Made by a program: the position numbers and the translations under genes
In this document: piece after piece, positions 13,412 through 27,839 of the stretch
Layout of the letters: every line of letters begins with the position of its first letter
How positions within the stretch are numbered: the stretch's first letter is position 1
Source of the DNA: Octopus vulgaris
Lineage: Eukaryota
Assembly (NCBI GenBank): GCA_951406725.2
Contig: OX597815.1
Location: forward strand, 181,598,001 to 181,662,000
Reading direction: 5' to 3'
Length of the DNA stretch: 64,000 nucleotides
Notes under the pieces: generated by a model
Seen by the model: the letters and a program-made list of their open reading frames with translations, nothing else
What the model was told of the DNA's origin: nothing
The model's database searches: none

Positions 13412-13982
13412 TAGGAAGGAAGCCTCAAACTTTTAACTTTTACAGTCAAACACCCAATAAGGCTTTTTTTTTTAAGTTGTAACACAAGGATATCATTAAT
13501 AATTCAAACAACTACCTATGGAAAGCTAAATCAAGTAAATTATAAATGCAGTTTTAAAACTACTCTGTCAGTTGCAATAAAAAATATCTTCTGTTTTGGG
13601 TGAGTTAATAGTATTATTATGCAATACAACAAAGACGAAACTGAGAAAAAAGGTTTTGGAAGACAGCATTGAACAGATATAACGGATTTAATGATCGTTT
13701 AATTTTCCATAAACTATTCTCTCTCGTATTCAGTTATACTTAAAAGCACTTTATTTATCGTATTTTTCTCTATTTCAGATGTGTTGACAATGCAAAACTG
13801 AAATTCACTGTGCAAAGAGAATGTTTGACGAAAGTGCGAGATTTGAATTTTCAATTATTATCTTATTCATACATATATATATTTTTTTGTATTCATGGTT
13901 GTCCAGTAGGTAAGCGAGTTTAGGAGTAGTAACATAAAACAAAACCACAAGCGAAGGTTTCAGATCTCTGCCAGGTATTACA

Positions 13983-14213
13983 AGGCGGTGAGCTGGCAGA
14001 ATCGTTAGCACGCCGGGCGAAATGCTTAGCCGTATTTCGTCAGCCGCTACGTTGTGAGTTCTAATTCCGCCGAGGTCGACTTTGCCTTTCATCCTTTCGG
14101 GGTCGATTAAATAAGCACCAGTTACGCACTGGGGTCGATGTAATCGACTTAATACCTATGTCTGTCCTTGTTTGTCCCCTCTATGTTTAGCCCCTTGTGG
14201 GTAATAAAGAAAT
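13983..14213 (+). mobile_element. SINE family A, full length, 10-bp TSD
   Basis: TSD aggtattaca at 13973-13982 and 14214-14223; core gcctttcatcctttcggggtcga resembles the Meta-SINE central domain. Confidence 0.92.
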
Positions 14214-14252
14214 AGGTATTACATGGGATCTTGTTAAATATTTTCATTTAAC

Positions 14253-14414
14253 AGGTGCAAGTGTGGCTGTGTGGTAAGAAGCTTGCTTTCCAACCACATG
14301 ACTCAGGGTTCAGTCTCACTGCGTGGCATCTCGAGTGAGTGTCTTCTATAGCCTCGAGCCGACCAAAGCCTTGTGAGTGGATTTGGTAGATGGAAACTGA
14401 AAGAACCCCGTCGT

Positions 14415-14454
<40 letters not shown>

Positions 14455-14462
14455 GTGTGTCT
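14253..14462 (+). mobile_element. SINE family B, 5' half
   Basis: gtggctgtgtggtaagaagcttgc...ggaaactgaaagaacccc then (TA)n. Confidence 0.85.
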
Positions 14463-16921
14463 GAAAATGAGGATATAAATGCATGTATGTGTGCAAGTAT
14501 GCGTCTCTGTGATACTGCGTATAATATGTTCATTCGAGCTATTCTGATAAGGCCGTTTGTTATTTTCTGAACTGTTACAGGTTTGAACATATACGAGCGA
14601 CTGTTAATGTTTTAGTATTCATCGTATGAATGTACGGTTATCTTTCCTTTCCATGTATATCTTGGTTACCATTGATGATGGAATATTTCAGTCATTCAAA
14701 TTTATGAATTTTCTATGGGTGTCTTTTTCCTTGAATTGTTATTTTTAATTATCTTTTTGCTTCCCGTTCCATCCATTTTGTCTTGGTTTCTCTTAAACTT
14801 CTCGCCTTATTTGAAATCTTATTTGCAACACTGGCTCTTTCTACTGCCTCTAATTCATAGCTTCTCTCTATGTTCACTTCACAAGCCATCTTTCTTTCTT
14901 TCGACCTATTCCACCCCTATTTCTCTTCGTCATTAATTTAATTTTTACCATAAATCTGCTACATATATCCCAGTTGATAACATCATCTTCTTACCTTTTC
15001 TTTGAACCAAACCTCAAAAACATTACATTTTCCACTACTCACAACAACTGAACGTATTCTAGGAAACCACATTGATTAATTGTTTCCAACATATGCCATC
15101 ACATGATTCCACCTTTTCCAGATTCTATCCTGTAGTTATAAAAGCAATTTAAATTCTACCATGCTGTTAGAATTCGGGTCACTTCTATTGCGATATTATT
15201 GTCAATCATAACACAATAGTTGCTAAAAGACTGCAGTTCATATTGAAACTCTTTAGCAATACTTTTTATATAAATCTTCATTGGACAATATATCGCAGAG
15301 GAAATACTCAAGTTGAGAATTAATCCAAATCTAAATACCTTTAAGAGATGAGTTTGTCACTCTTATCTGGAGAGATCTAGAGGAGGAATTACAATCGTGT
15401 TTCGTGGTCTGCTATCACAACAGCTCCTTTATAGGATCCAGTTAGCTCAAGACATCATCAGGAGGAACCACATCCGGTTTCGGCCCCTACTCCTCTACCG
15501 TTTTGACATGGCGAGCCCCCACCTTTCGGAGGTGTCTTCAGCTCTGGTGTTGGGTGCATGTCTTCTTTCTTCTGTTCCCTGGCCTCTTCGATGTAGCGTC
15601 AGCGAGTGTCAGCGGATGACTGACTGACTTGTCAAATTTTCCCCTTTAAATCTCAATAAAATTAAGATTATAACTCACAATGGCCTTTGACACACTTCCA
15701 ACTATAAGTGAAATAGGCTCACTGTCTGTGAGTATCAAAGATATCTGAAGTTTTCCCTGATAGAATTATCAGAGTTAATCCCACAGACGGTGTCTTATCA
15801 AACTCTGTTAAATCTACTGCAGCTTGTACATCCAATCTCTGACCACGTATTACCACTGGTTCTAAGTGATTTAAACGACGCAGAGTCAGAATGTATGGAC
15901 ACAGTCAGATTGTATGGACGATACGAGTTCTTCCCATTTAAAACAAAGTCACATACCTTACTTAACATGAAATATCTCTTTGCAGTTTGGAATGTGAGAG
16001 TACTTCGAAGACATGTGATACTTAAACTTGTTCTTTTATTTTTTTTATAATCGGTTTCCAGGAATTGAATAAGGAGTAGCTGCCTCTACATATTGTATTC
16101 AGCTTTATTTGATTGTGAATTTGGAAGTTAAGGAATTAGTGGTTTAAGATTTGTGAGTTTTGACTTTGCAAGAGAAATACTTAGTGGGATAGTGTTGGTT
16201 ATCATCTCTGCTGTGTAGGATAGTTCAGATGTAAAGTGTATTCGCAGACAAGGGCAATCTTCACTGAACATGAAAAGCAAGGAACAGCTAGCACAATTGA
16301 GGGTTTGAAATAAGGTTTGAGAAGGATTAATGTCTCATTATTTCCCACGTGAAATTTAAAATAATCATCAAATATTCATTTTTTTCTATTTTAGTGTTTC
16401 TTTTTTTTTATATAGTAAATGTTTCTTAAAAACTCATGAGTTTATCTCCAATTCTGTTATTACTATTACAGTTCAATTGTTGGCGCAGTATGGTTGAATA
16501 TTAAAGAAGTTCAGTTCACAACCACGAGGGACTGCGTTTGATACAATATCGGGAGAGCATTGGCAAGTATAAATTTTTATGGCTTCGGTCAACCCATATA
16601 TCAATAATGAAATTCAGTTGATGGAAACTGTACGGAAGCCCGCTATATCAATTGTACCTGTAATTCAAATGTACAACCTTGTCATTCTATGTGACACCGT
16701 TTCTGCTATGGAATTATAGTAAGATAATTCTCAGGCAGAATTCAGAGGAATTATATGCCCCCTGAATGCTCCCTAACTTAACAGGTTAATTCAATGCGCA
16801 GCTCATTAAGTTAATTAAATAAACGAATGCTAATTGCCAACTGCCAGAGAACTCGTCTTACAATTTACTCTTGATTTCATTTGTCATTTTAACAAAAACC
16901 TTTTATTAAACATCTTCTATA

Positions 16922-17322
16922 TTTTATCTTTAACTTGTTTTCACTCATTAAATTGTGACCACGCTGGAGCACTGCCTTGAATAATTTTAGCCGAACGAAT
17001 CGACTCCAGTACTTGTTTTTGTAAAGCCTGGTATTTATTTCATCGGTCTCTTATGCTTAATCGCTAAGTTACAGAGAAGTAAACACACGAACACAGGTTG
17101 TCAAGCGGTGGGGGAGGGATAAACAGATACAAAGACACACACATACACGCACACAGACACACACGACGGGCTTCTTTCACTTTCCGTCTATGAAATCCAC
17201 TCACAAGGCTTTGGTCGGCCCGAGGCTATAGTAGAAGTCACGTGCTCAAGGTGACACGCAGTAGGATTGAACCCAGAAACATGTGGTTGGGAAGCAAACC
17301 TATTACCACATAGCTACGCCTG
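16922..17322 (-). mobile_element. SINE family B
   Basis: reverse complement of the family B head, body and tail. Confidence 0.85.
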
Positions 17323-17594
17323 CGAACATGTGAAGTTTGATATTTTTGACACCACTCCTCGACATCGGCTCAACAGATTTTTTATACCGTTTTTCGGAGA
17401 AGTTGATTGGTTTCACAACATTTGTAAAAGCGCTTGTTTTGAAGCCATCATTTCTCCTACTGTTTACTAGACACGGTAATTTCAGTTTTAAAAAGGGAGC
17501 GGGGTTTTGATAGAATTAAACTTTTTAATGGTATTATTGAAATAAAACAGAAGTCGTTCTGTGTTAATATACAAAACTGGTATATCGGGCAGAA

Positions 17595-18268
17595 TATGTA
17601 GCGGCCATTTTTTCCCGGCTCTTTACATTCTGAGTTCGAATATTGCAGTGGTCAACTTCAAAGGCGGCGAGCTGGCAGAAACGTTAGCACGCCGCGCGAA
17701 ATACTGGTATTTCGTCTGTCCTTACGTTCTGAGTTCAAATTCCGCCGAGGTCTACTTTGCCTTTCATCCTTTCGGGGTCGATAAATTAAGTACCAGTTAC
17801 GCACTGGGGGTCGATGTAATCGACTTAATCCGTTTGTCTGCCCTTGTTTGTCCTCTCTATGTTTAGCCCCTTGTGGGTAGTAAAGAAATAGGTATTTCGT
17901 CTGTCTTTATGTTCTGAGTTCAAATTCTGTCGAGGTCGACTTTGCCTTTCATCCTTTCGGGGTCGATAAATTAAGTACCAGTTACGCACTGGGGTCGATG
18001 TAATCGACTTAATCCGTTTGTCTGCCCTTGTTTGTCCCCTCTGTGTTTAGCCCCTTGTGGCCAATAAAGAAATAAGAAACGTTAGCAGGCCGGGCGAAAT
18101 ATTTACTGGTATTTCGTCTTTCCTTACGTTCTGAGTTCAAAATGCCGCCGAGGCCTACTTTGCCTCTCATCGATAAATTAAGTACCAGTTGCGTACTGGA
18201 GTCGATCTAATCGACTGGCCTCCTCCTCCAAAATTTCTGGCCGTGTGCCTAGAGTAGAAAAGAATATA
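17595..18268 (+). mobile_element. SINE family A tandem multimer
   Basis: repeated bodies joined at aaagaaata|ggtatttcg and aaagaaata|agaaacgttagc. Confidence 0.9.
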
Positions 18269-19213
18269 CAAAACTGGACAGATTCTTGACCTTCTTTATT
18301 GATTGCTTTACTGTATAATCTTGTTTCACGAATCATATAATTATACGATTTCATGAATTGTGACTTAGAAAATTCAAAGCTAGCTTCAAGCATTTACGAT
18401 GTTCTATATTACACAATACTCTTTTTTTTTTAACCATCATTTGTTAAAATTCATATAAAGCTTGTAAATCTAATAGAATATCTTAGCAATAAAACATTAA
18501 CCTCGGGCATATGAAGAAGGAAATATTTCTAAGATTTTATTCAAATCTATTTGTAATGTATCTGAAAATTTTCTTTGTTTAATGTTTGCATTTGTGTTAG
18601 TCAATTTGAAGCTGCAACTTTAAAAGCAAATAAATATCAAATATAATAAATGCTTTGAGAATTAAAATGAATGAAGTTGTTGAACAAAGACTAAGAAAGG
18701 TAAACTGAGGCAAAAATGTTTTCATATTGAATAACTTTTTGTCAATGCAGCTACATATCTGCAAGCAAAATGCCGAAAGCCTGACACTTATACTTCAATT
18801 AATAACTGTCCTAACAAGTTATTATCATCAATTTTACTCTTTCTTCCAAAAATAAAATTGCATATCAGATTCCAGTCCTCAAACAAATCATCAATTATTA
18901 CATTTCAGTTCATTTATTAAATTATCGATATCTCATCGATGCAAAATCAGTGTTCATATTTCTTTTGTTGCGTTATGGAACTAATCGTAGATTTTTGAAA
19001 TACTTAAATATATGATGTCAAGTATAAAATTAAAAGAATCTTTCCAGGCGAATAGAGTCGTTGACTTCAGAACACTTAAAAGTACTTTAAAAATCTAAAG
19101 ATGCTGTTCATTTGTTATTTGTGAGTTCAGTCAAGTTACAAATATGATTTATGAACGCAAGGAAAAGCAAATATTTGACAGAGTTTATTTCATCGGACCG
19201 TTTCTCTTACAGT

Positions 19214-19515
19214 GGAGGCGCAATGGCCCAGTCGTTAGGGCAGCGTACTCGCGGTCGGAGGATCGCAGTTTCGATTCCCTGACCGGGCGTTGTGTGTGTT
19301 TATTGAGCGAAAACACCTAAAAGCTCCACGAGGCCCCGGCAGGGGGTGGTGGCGACCCCTGTTGTACTCTTTCGTCCCAACTTTCTCCCACTCTCTCTTC
19401 CTGTTTCTTGGGTAACGCTGTGATATACTGGCGTCCCGTCCAGCTGGTAGGGGGGGACACATAAACCACAGAAACCGGGAAACCGGGCCCATGAGCCTGG
19501 CTAGGCTTGAAAAGA
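19214..19515 (+). mobile_element. SINE, head C + tail X
   Basis: ggaggcgcaatggcccagt head; tail gaaaccgggcccatgagcctggctaggctt shared with 6143-6404. Confidence 0.87.
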
Positions 19516-20587
19516 AAGGAATCAAAGAAATGAATATAAGAAGAAAACCAAGGAAGAAGTCATGAACGGAATGACTCTGATCATAAGATTGCCCAGTCAG
19601 GGATGACTCAGGGCAAAACAAGAAGTAGAAACCGAGTGTTTTCTGTGTGTTTTGACACAGTCGAAAATATGGGCTTATTATAGAGTGTGTTGAAAATCAT
19701 GAATTCCAAATTTATAATAGACATAATGTAAGAGAATCGGGACTTTATATTTTTTTGGTTCTTTTCGTTGAAATAGAGAACGCCAACAAACTATTGATTT
19801 CAAATTTTGGCACAAGGCCAGCAATTTCGAGGGAGAGGATAAGTCGATTACGTCGACCCCACTGATCAACTGGTACTTATTTTTATCGACCCCGAAAGGA
19901 TGAAAGACCAACTTATGCTAAGCAATCTTTAGTCGAATGAAAATTAATTCGATTCGACACTTAAACGATATATTTCCATAAGAAATTATGTAGAATATCA
20001 ATGAAAACTTAAATTATTGTCATTATTTTCACATCTTGCGTAACTTCGTATAAACCTAACGAGGGTTGAACTAGAATATTCTAATGTAGCGGATCAAAAA
20101 GATTATTTCTGCCGATGAAGAACCATTCAGTTCAATGTTACATCATTAGAACGATATCAAATGTCATGATCACTCGCGTAAAGGTTTCCCCTCCTATTTT
20201 CTTTAGCACCATTAATGGAGAAGACTTCAACATGTAGCACTAAAAGAGAATTATTTTATATATATAAGTATGTAGCAAAATGCTGACATTATAAAAATAA
20301 TTTTCAGGCAATATTTTCATTTGATGTATGCGTCAATAGATGTATAACCATTAATACATATTCATCATCGTTGTCATTATGGCATCGTCGTCGTCGTCGT
20401 CGTCGTTGTTGTTATTCTCATGATCACCCTCCATCCTCCCCACCAGCACCATAAGATGCGCCATAGAAATAACGTTCCCAGCGCATCAATGATTTGTTCT
20501 GTGACATAAAAACCGAATTGCTATTAGATACTTCATACATACATCCTTCTCTCTATTATCTATCTGCCTATGTCTAGCACTATCTCT

Positions 20588-21105
20588 GGTTGTGGGGTAA
20601 GAAGTTTTTGCTTCCCAACAACATGGCTTCGGGTTCAATCCCAATGTGCGGCATCTAGGGCAAGTATCTTCTATAGCCTAGGTCTCGCCATAGCTTTGTG
20701 AGTGGATCTGGTAGGCAGAAGCAAGAAGCCTGTCATTCATTCATACATACATCTGCCGCTACGTTCTGAGTTCAAATTCCGCCGAGGTCAACTTTGCCTT
20801 TCATCCTTTCGGGGTCGATTAAATAAGTACCAGTTACGCACTGGGGTCAATATAATCGGTTTAATCCGTTTGTCTGTCCTTGTTTGTCCTCTCTGAGTTT
20901 AGCCCCTTGTGGGTAGTAAAGAAACAGGTATTTCGTCTGCCGTTACGTTCAGAGTTCAAATTCCGCCGAGGTCAACTTTGCCTTTCAGCCTTTCGGGGTC
21001 AATTAAATAGGTACCAGTTATGCACTGACGTATATGTAATCATCCCTTTGTCTGTCCTTGCTTGTCCCCTCTATATTTAGTCCCTTGTGGGCAATAAAGA
21101 AATAA
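20588..21105 (+). mobile_element. SINE B 5' half followed by a headless family A dimer
   Basis: B-type head 20588-20750; two A bodies 20752-21105. Confidence 0.82.
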
Positions 21106-21732
21106 ATATTAGATTTGAATATATTGTCTTGAAATTTTCTATTACCAATGAATACAATTTTGAAATGCATAAACATAAGCTTGACATTTCGAGTTCGAAT
21201 ATTGCTCTTCCTCTAAAGAAGTTCAGTATTAAAAATATCCAAAACTAACAGTTACATCACAAATTAGGATGACAAATTCACGGTTTCGCGGAAGAATATA
21301 TGAACCTGATAAATAAACTTAAATTTGTTTTTGAAACAAAGAGGTGATCACCGATCAAGACTTTTATACAAAATTTTGAGTATAAAATGTCCACATTCGA
21401 AACAACTATCGATTTTAGAAAACAATCTCTATCTGTCAAAACTGAATAGAAAATATAACGTAAATACGTAACTTGCGAAACATGTGTATTGTGACAAAAA
21501 TAAAATCTATATATCAAATGGATATAAAATAAGTCCTTTCGTTTTATTATGAATTCGATTAGCAGAGTAAAAATAAAACAAAGCCGTGGGAGCATTTTAA
21601 GATCACGAGCCGTGGCCAGAATATATTCATAACCAGAGTATAATAATCGCATATTAGAAAATAGTTCACATTAATCCTCTCAACTGTATAAAAAAAAACA
21701 TTTTAATTTCAAAATTACGTGTTTATATATAT

Positions 21733-22071
21733 GTGGCCGATGCCAGCGCCGCCTCGACTGGATTCTGTGCCAGTGGCACGTAAAAAGCACCATCCGAACG
21801 TGGCCGATGCCAGCACCGCCTTGACTGGCTTCCGTGCCGGTGGCACGTTAAAAGCACCAACCAATCGTGGCCGCTGCCAGACTCCCCTGGCACCTGTGCC
21901 GGTGGCACGTAAAAAACACCCACTACATTTGCGGAGTGGTTGGCGTTAGGAAGGGCATCCAGCTGTAAAAACACTGCCAGATCAGACTGGAGCCTGGTGC
22001 AGCCCCTGGCTTCCCAGACCCCGGTCGAACCGTCCAACCCGTGCTAGCGCGGAAAGCGATGATGATGATGA

Positions 22072-22073
<2 letters not shown>
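21733..22073 (+). mobile_element. SINE-like family E (tandem 5' units, (GAT)n tail)
   Basis: repeated gtgccggtggcacgtaaaaagcacc units, ggcgttaggaagggcatccagc body, gatgatgat tail. Confidence 0.85.
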
Positions 22074-22146
<73 letters not shown>

Positions 22147-22184
22147 AAAAAGGAGATGTGGAACACGAGTTGTGATATATAAAA

Positions 22185-22466
<282 letters not shown>

Positions 22467-22930
22467 TAATTTATAAATCCTACGAAATTAAACATAACTA
22501 AAATCACCAAGAATGCTCTGCCTAAGATTAAGAACGTTCCCCATACGAAACAAATTCACATTTTCATTAATCATTGATTCCAATCATTTCTGAAACTCTG
22601 AAACCTTATAATTTGATATTAAGGTTTACTACGAATAAATCATAAAACCTTTATTTATGCATGCTCTAATTTAAACTGGTTTTGTTTCTAAAATCGAACC
22701 ATACGATCGACAAGCCGTTTGGGAAGGTGTCTTTCTGGCGTCTGAAGGAAAATCGTGTGATTTCAAAGATTGATAGTGACGTAGGGTAATAGAAATATAC
22801 TTTATGTTATACTGAAGTGAAGTATTGTTTTCCGAATTTATCCTATTATTAAGAACATAATTTGTATATGTGTAAGTGTGTGTGTCTGTGCGCACGTGTA
22901 TATGCATGTGTGTATGTATGTATATATATG

Positions 22931-23028
<98 letters not shown>

Positions 23029-23642
23029 TATACATATGTATTTATTGGTACATATATATACATATATACATAAACACACATATATGTGTAATAATAAGAT
23101 ACTAACGATTTGTTTTTCCTTTGCTCTGACTGATATTATCATAATGAACGGTTTTTAAAGTCATAATAATGGTATATTTGCTTCCTATTCCAAACACACA
23201 ACTTCAATTTATTATTGATCTTATGCTACAACAAAGCAAATACATTTAAACATTTGGTAAAGGCTGATTGGGAGGTTGGGCCATTTCGTGATTCTTTAGC
23301 AAAAAAGAAAAAAAAGAAACGAAATAAAACAATAAAAAATACAACACTCAAAGAGTACTTAGGAATGAATAGATCAATGCAAATGATACAAAGGCACGAA
23401 ACTTGGAAATTAAGAACCTTTGGAAATCTATCGTACAAAACTATCTCTCTACAGACAATATACTGAATGCAAAACACAAATTAAGTTGCAAATAAAGTGT
23501 TTGAGCGACAAAATTACAATGAACACAAACAATAAACAAACAAAAAATGAATGAAAAAACATTGGCACTAATATTGATTTTTCATTTAATTCATTGAAAG
23601 GGAAAACATTTTTCTCTCTTCATTGTTCTTTCTATCATGCTT

Positions 23643-23648
23643 TTATTA

Positions 23649-23707
<59 letters not shown>

Positions 23708-23769
23708 ATTATTATTATCATTATTATTATTATTAATATTATTATTATCATTATTATTATTATTATTAA

Positions 23770-23827
<58 letters not shown>
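23643..23827. repeat. (ATT)n microsatellite
   Basis: direct reading; source of poly-N/I/L ORFs. Confidence 0.97.
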
Positions 23828-23828
<1 letters not shown>

Positions 23829-25190
23829 CGATAGTTTATGAAGAAGACGAAGGTTTCTTTTTTTTCTATTTTTTTTTCAAGAAAGAAAAACGTCATAAAT
23901 GTGTCAATGTGTTAAGATAATTTCGATATCATTCTTGAGTCGTACTAGCAGAGAGATATATAAAGTTATTTCCAGAAGGAAACTCAGAAAGCAACTACGG
24001 CTACGTTTGTCTCAATAAGACGGTTTGTTTTCTATACGGTTGTAGAAGTGATTTTTATTCGAGTGTCAGCTTCTACATGAGAAATTTTGACCATGCCTGA
24101 GATGCAGTGAAAGGGACTGAAGCATAAAATTGGATGCCTTATTTTCCCAGTGCTGTTAAAAGAGTCACTTTTATGATCCAAAAACTGAGTTACTTAAGGG
24201 ATGCTTGACTTGCTGAGAAATATTAACAGTTAAATCTACTTCAATTCTCGAGCTGTTGTCCGTAAACGAAACAGAGGACATTTTGGATAATACAGCTCTA
24301 TATTTAATATTCCCCAATAAAGATGGAACAGTCAGAGCTGGAATCCATTTCATTATAGGTCCGCTTGATCTATGAAGCCCTAGGGAGGTTCAGGGAAAAG
24401 CATATGTGTGTATGTATGCATATATACATATATATACACATGCATATATACATACATTCTTATATAAATAGACAGATATCTACTTACATATGTACATACA
24501 AATTTAGATACACGCACACATCCGGTTTTAACTATAGGACTTGAAGTATATAAAGATATAAATTATAATAGTAATCGTAGGTAAAGTTTGTAATCTCACT
24601 ACTCATAAGCTGTCTGTCAAAACAATTATCATTGACCATGTTTAAACAGTCCAGAGACATCATTTCAAGTGTGTTCCTACTCAAAAATATTTTTGAGAGT
24701 CGATCATAGATCGATTCCTTGTTATCTGCCAACCTGTTGTTTTTCTTACCAACTCTTTTACTGCATATCGTACAAATCCACTTCCCAGATATCACAGAAA
24801 GTTCATAGTATCCCTTCTTATTTAATACTTCAGTCTTTGCTATGCTGATATCCAGGCCCCAGAATCCTAAATCATACTTGTCTGCTTCGAATTTTTTCTA
24901 CAACCATTCAAGAAACTTTGCTCTTTGAACCACGTCGTTAATATATGCAAGTTTTCAAAGATATTATGTCCTGAAAACGTTTTTAATAGTCTTGGGAATC
25001 GTAATCGTTAGAAGGATATCCTAGGCGGAAATTCTTAAAGATCAAAACACTAAATTTGCCTTACTGCCATATGTTTAACCATTCTAATACCATTCTACAG
25101 TTTCGAGGAATCATGCACTTACGTCGAATTCTTTTTTAGCATCTAAACGAGAAGTATGTTAGGTTTATTTCCTTTTTCCATATTTAAGAC

Positions 25191-25222
<32 letters not shown>

Positions 25223-25299
25223 AGTGTGTGTGTGTCTGTGTATTATATGTGTGGTGTGTGCATGTATGTGAAGGTAAGAAAAAGAAAATATCTTGAAAA

Positions 25300-25720
25300 T
25301 GCACTTGGTGTTTTATATTTGTTTAACCAGCTTCACAATTTAATGATGTTTTTTAATGGTAGTTTGAGACAGAAAGATCTTTCGGGTGTTTTAATAATAC
25401 AAAAAATACAAATATCCAAACCGCCATCCACAAATGGACAGATTGCCGCCATAAACCTAAGAAGACAAACATATCATTTAATCTAGTTTGAAGAATTGGC
25501 TCAAACATTTAGAATTTTATAACTTAAAACAAACACTCCAAGAATTAAAACAAATACTACTTGAAAGATTATACAAAACAAAGTTGATTGAGAGCGAAAC
25601 AGAATTTGCCAAAAGCTATAAAAATTTCAAATTACAAAGGAGAGGAAAAAAACCCTGAAATACACTAAATGCACCAATTTATATCGCAACACACACCCCA
25701 AGAAGCACAGAAACATATTT
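25300..25720 (+). mobile_element. decayed Penelope-like RT thumb region
   Basis: frameshifted peptides FNQLH / GVLII / KKTNISFNLV*RI / LQELKQILLERLYKTKLIE resemble the PLE FLD..I, NIPFNLARRI and L..L...L..R.YP..LI motifs. Confidence 0.6.
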
Positions 25721-26520
25721 CGTTTTTGGATTTGGTTTGCAAGATTCTTTATGTGAATTCGTGTGTTGAAGCATATTCTGCTGTGTCTGGGCAGAGTCAT
25801 TCTCTTTTGGTGCCTAATAATTTAACACACTCACCGGTAAAATTACCACTTATTTCTTATTTGTATTTTCCTAAAATTTTCGTTGCGTCTTGCAACCTTT
25901 TCAGTAGTTTTGACTCTGTCCTTTATTCACACTAACTTATTCACTCTGTGGGATCTTGCACAGTGTGAATAACAATTCATTTCACGAGCAGGCTGTTCCG
26001 TTGATCGGATCAATTGGAACCCTCGACGTCGTAACCGACGGAGTGCCACGACGATATGTGATACTTATTGATTCACTGATTGCTTCCTTAAATCAAAATA
26101 GGATAAAAACTCAGAGTAAATATTTATGAAGTGATATTTCTCTTTTCTAGCATGATATAACCTTTATCGTGTACTGAAATATTTCCCCCTTTTCTGTAAA
26201 TTGTGAACACATCACCTGATGACTTGATGCTCAGCTAATTGCTAAGCATTTAATGGTAATTTCACATTAATTACGTCGTACATACATCATTCGGAATCAG
26301 CTGTTTCCTAATTACATTAACAGCTAAATAACATATTCGTTCATTCAATAATCAACTTGCCTTAGGTATTTGACTTTTTGCTTATCAGTTGCAATCAACC
26401 TGTTTACATACGTCATTACTCGTGGTTCCGTTCTTCAAGTGACAGATTTCAAGAGCCGAGCGACATTTCGTCCGTTTTTATGTTCTGAGTTCAAATTTAC
26501 TTTTCATTAGATTCCAGACC

Positions 26521-26696
26521 ATTTAAGATATAAAGAACCTTATTTACATTATTTACATTTGACGGACATTTGTCCTCATCTTGTTTGCTGTTAACACATC
26601 ACTTCGGTTGATAAACCCTCCAGCCTTCATCAGGTGTCTTGGGGAAATTTCGAACCTGGGTTCTCATTCCTTAGGTATTTTTCGATGTTGTTGTTG

Positions 26697-26754
<58 letters not shown>

Positions 26755-26838
26755 CAACATCATCATTATTATTCAGGTCACTGCATGGAATCTTGGGATT
26801 AGTAGCCAGCGCTCTTAACCACTACGCCATAAGCCCGT
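26521..26838 (-). mobile_element. tRNA-(AAT)n-hammerhead element (HHR decayed, B-box deleted)
   Basis: minus strand: gggcttatggcgtagtggttaagagcgctggctactaatcccaagattcc...(AAT)n...gacacctgatgaaggctg...aaccgaagtgatgtgtt. Confidence 0.88.
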
Positions 26839-27126
26839 GGGTATATGGCGTAGTGGTTAAGAGTTTGATTCTAGGCAGTGACCTGAATAATAATAATAAT
26901 AATAATGAAGATGATGATAATAATAATAATGATGATGATGATAATAATAATGATGATGATGATAATAATGATGATGATAATAATAATAATGATGATGATA
27001 ATAATAATGATGATGATGATAATAATAATAATGATGATGATAATAATAATAATGATGATGATAATAATAATAATGATGATGATAATAATAATAATAATGA
27101 TGATGATAATAATAATAATGATGATG

Positions 27127-27186
<60 letters not shown>

Positions 27187-27303
27187 TTGAAAAATACCTG
27201 AGGAATGAGAACCCAAGTTCGAAATTTCCCCAAGACACCTGATGAGAGCTGGAAGGTATATCAGCCGAAACTTTATGCTAACAATAAACAAGATGAGGAC
27301 AAA
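26839..27303 (+). mobile_element. tRNA-(AAT/GAT)n-hammerhead element (HHR partly decayed)
   Basis: gggtatatggcgtagtggttaagag...gcagtgacctg(AAT/GAT)n...gacacctgatgagagctg...cagccgaaac. Confidence 0.88.
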
Positions 27304-27534
27304 GAGAATTGTTACCAATTTTACTCCTTTTTACAGATGTATTTCTGTTTAATTCTGATACTGTATTTAAACCATTTGAAATTATAGTTAAGAAATATGT
27401 ATAGCAGGTACGTTATGAAAGTTTGTTGCTACTGTGTTTGTACTCTTGTACTTAGAGAAATAAGAACAGTTAAGGAGAAACCTTACTTAAAAACATAACG
27501 AAATCGTAATGTAAATTTAATTTCATGATGCATC

Positions 27535-27750
27535 AAAGTGGTAAACTGAGCGAATCGTTAGCACGTCGGACAAAATGCCGAGCGACATTTCGTCCGTTTT
27601 TATGTTCTGAGTTCAAATACGGCCTGGGTCAACTTTGCTTTTCATCCTTTCGGAGTCGATAAAATAAGTACCAGTTGAACACGGGGATCGATGCAATTGG
27701 CTAATCACCTCCGCTCGAACATTCTGGCCTTGTGCCAAAATTTGAAACCA
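27535..27750 (+). mobile_element. SINE family A, diverged
   Basis: gaatcgttagcacg head and tttcatcctttcggagtcgataaaataagtaccag core. Confidence 0.8.
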
Positions 27751-27839
27751 ATTTCACGAAGCAATAATTACTTCCTTCGGAATCTGGAATAAAGACAAGA
27801 CTTGAACATTCGTCTCATAAGTCAACGTTCAATATTTTA

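Noticed and set aside
26634-27318. Long ORFs of 120-202 aa with poly-N/D/L/I/Y runs
   Set aside because: They are translations of (AAT/GAT)n tracts inside the HHR elements and are open in several frames and on both strands.
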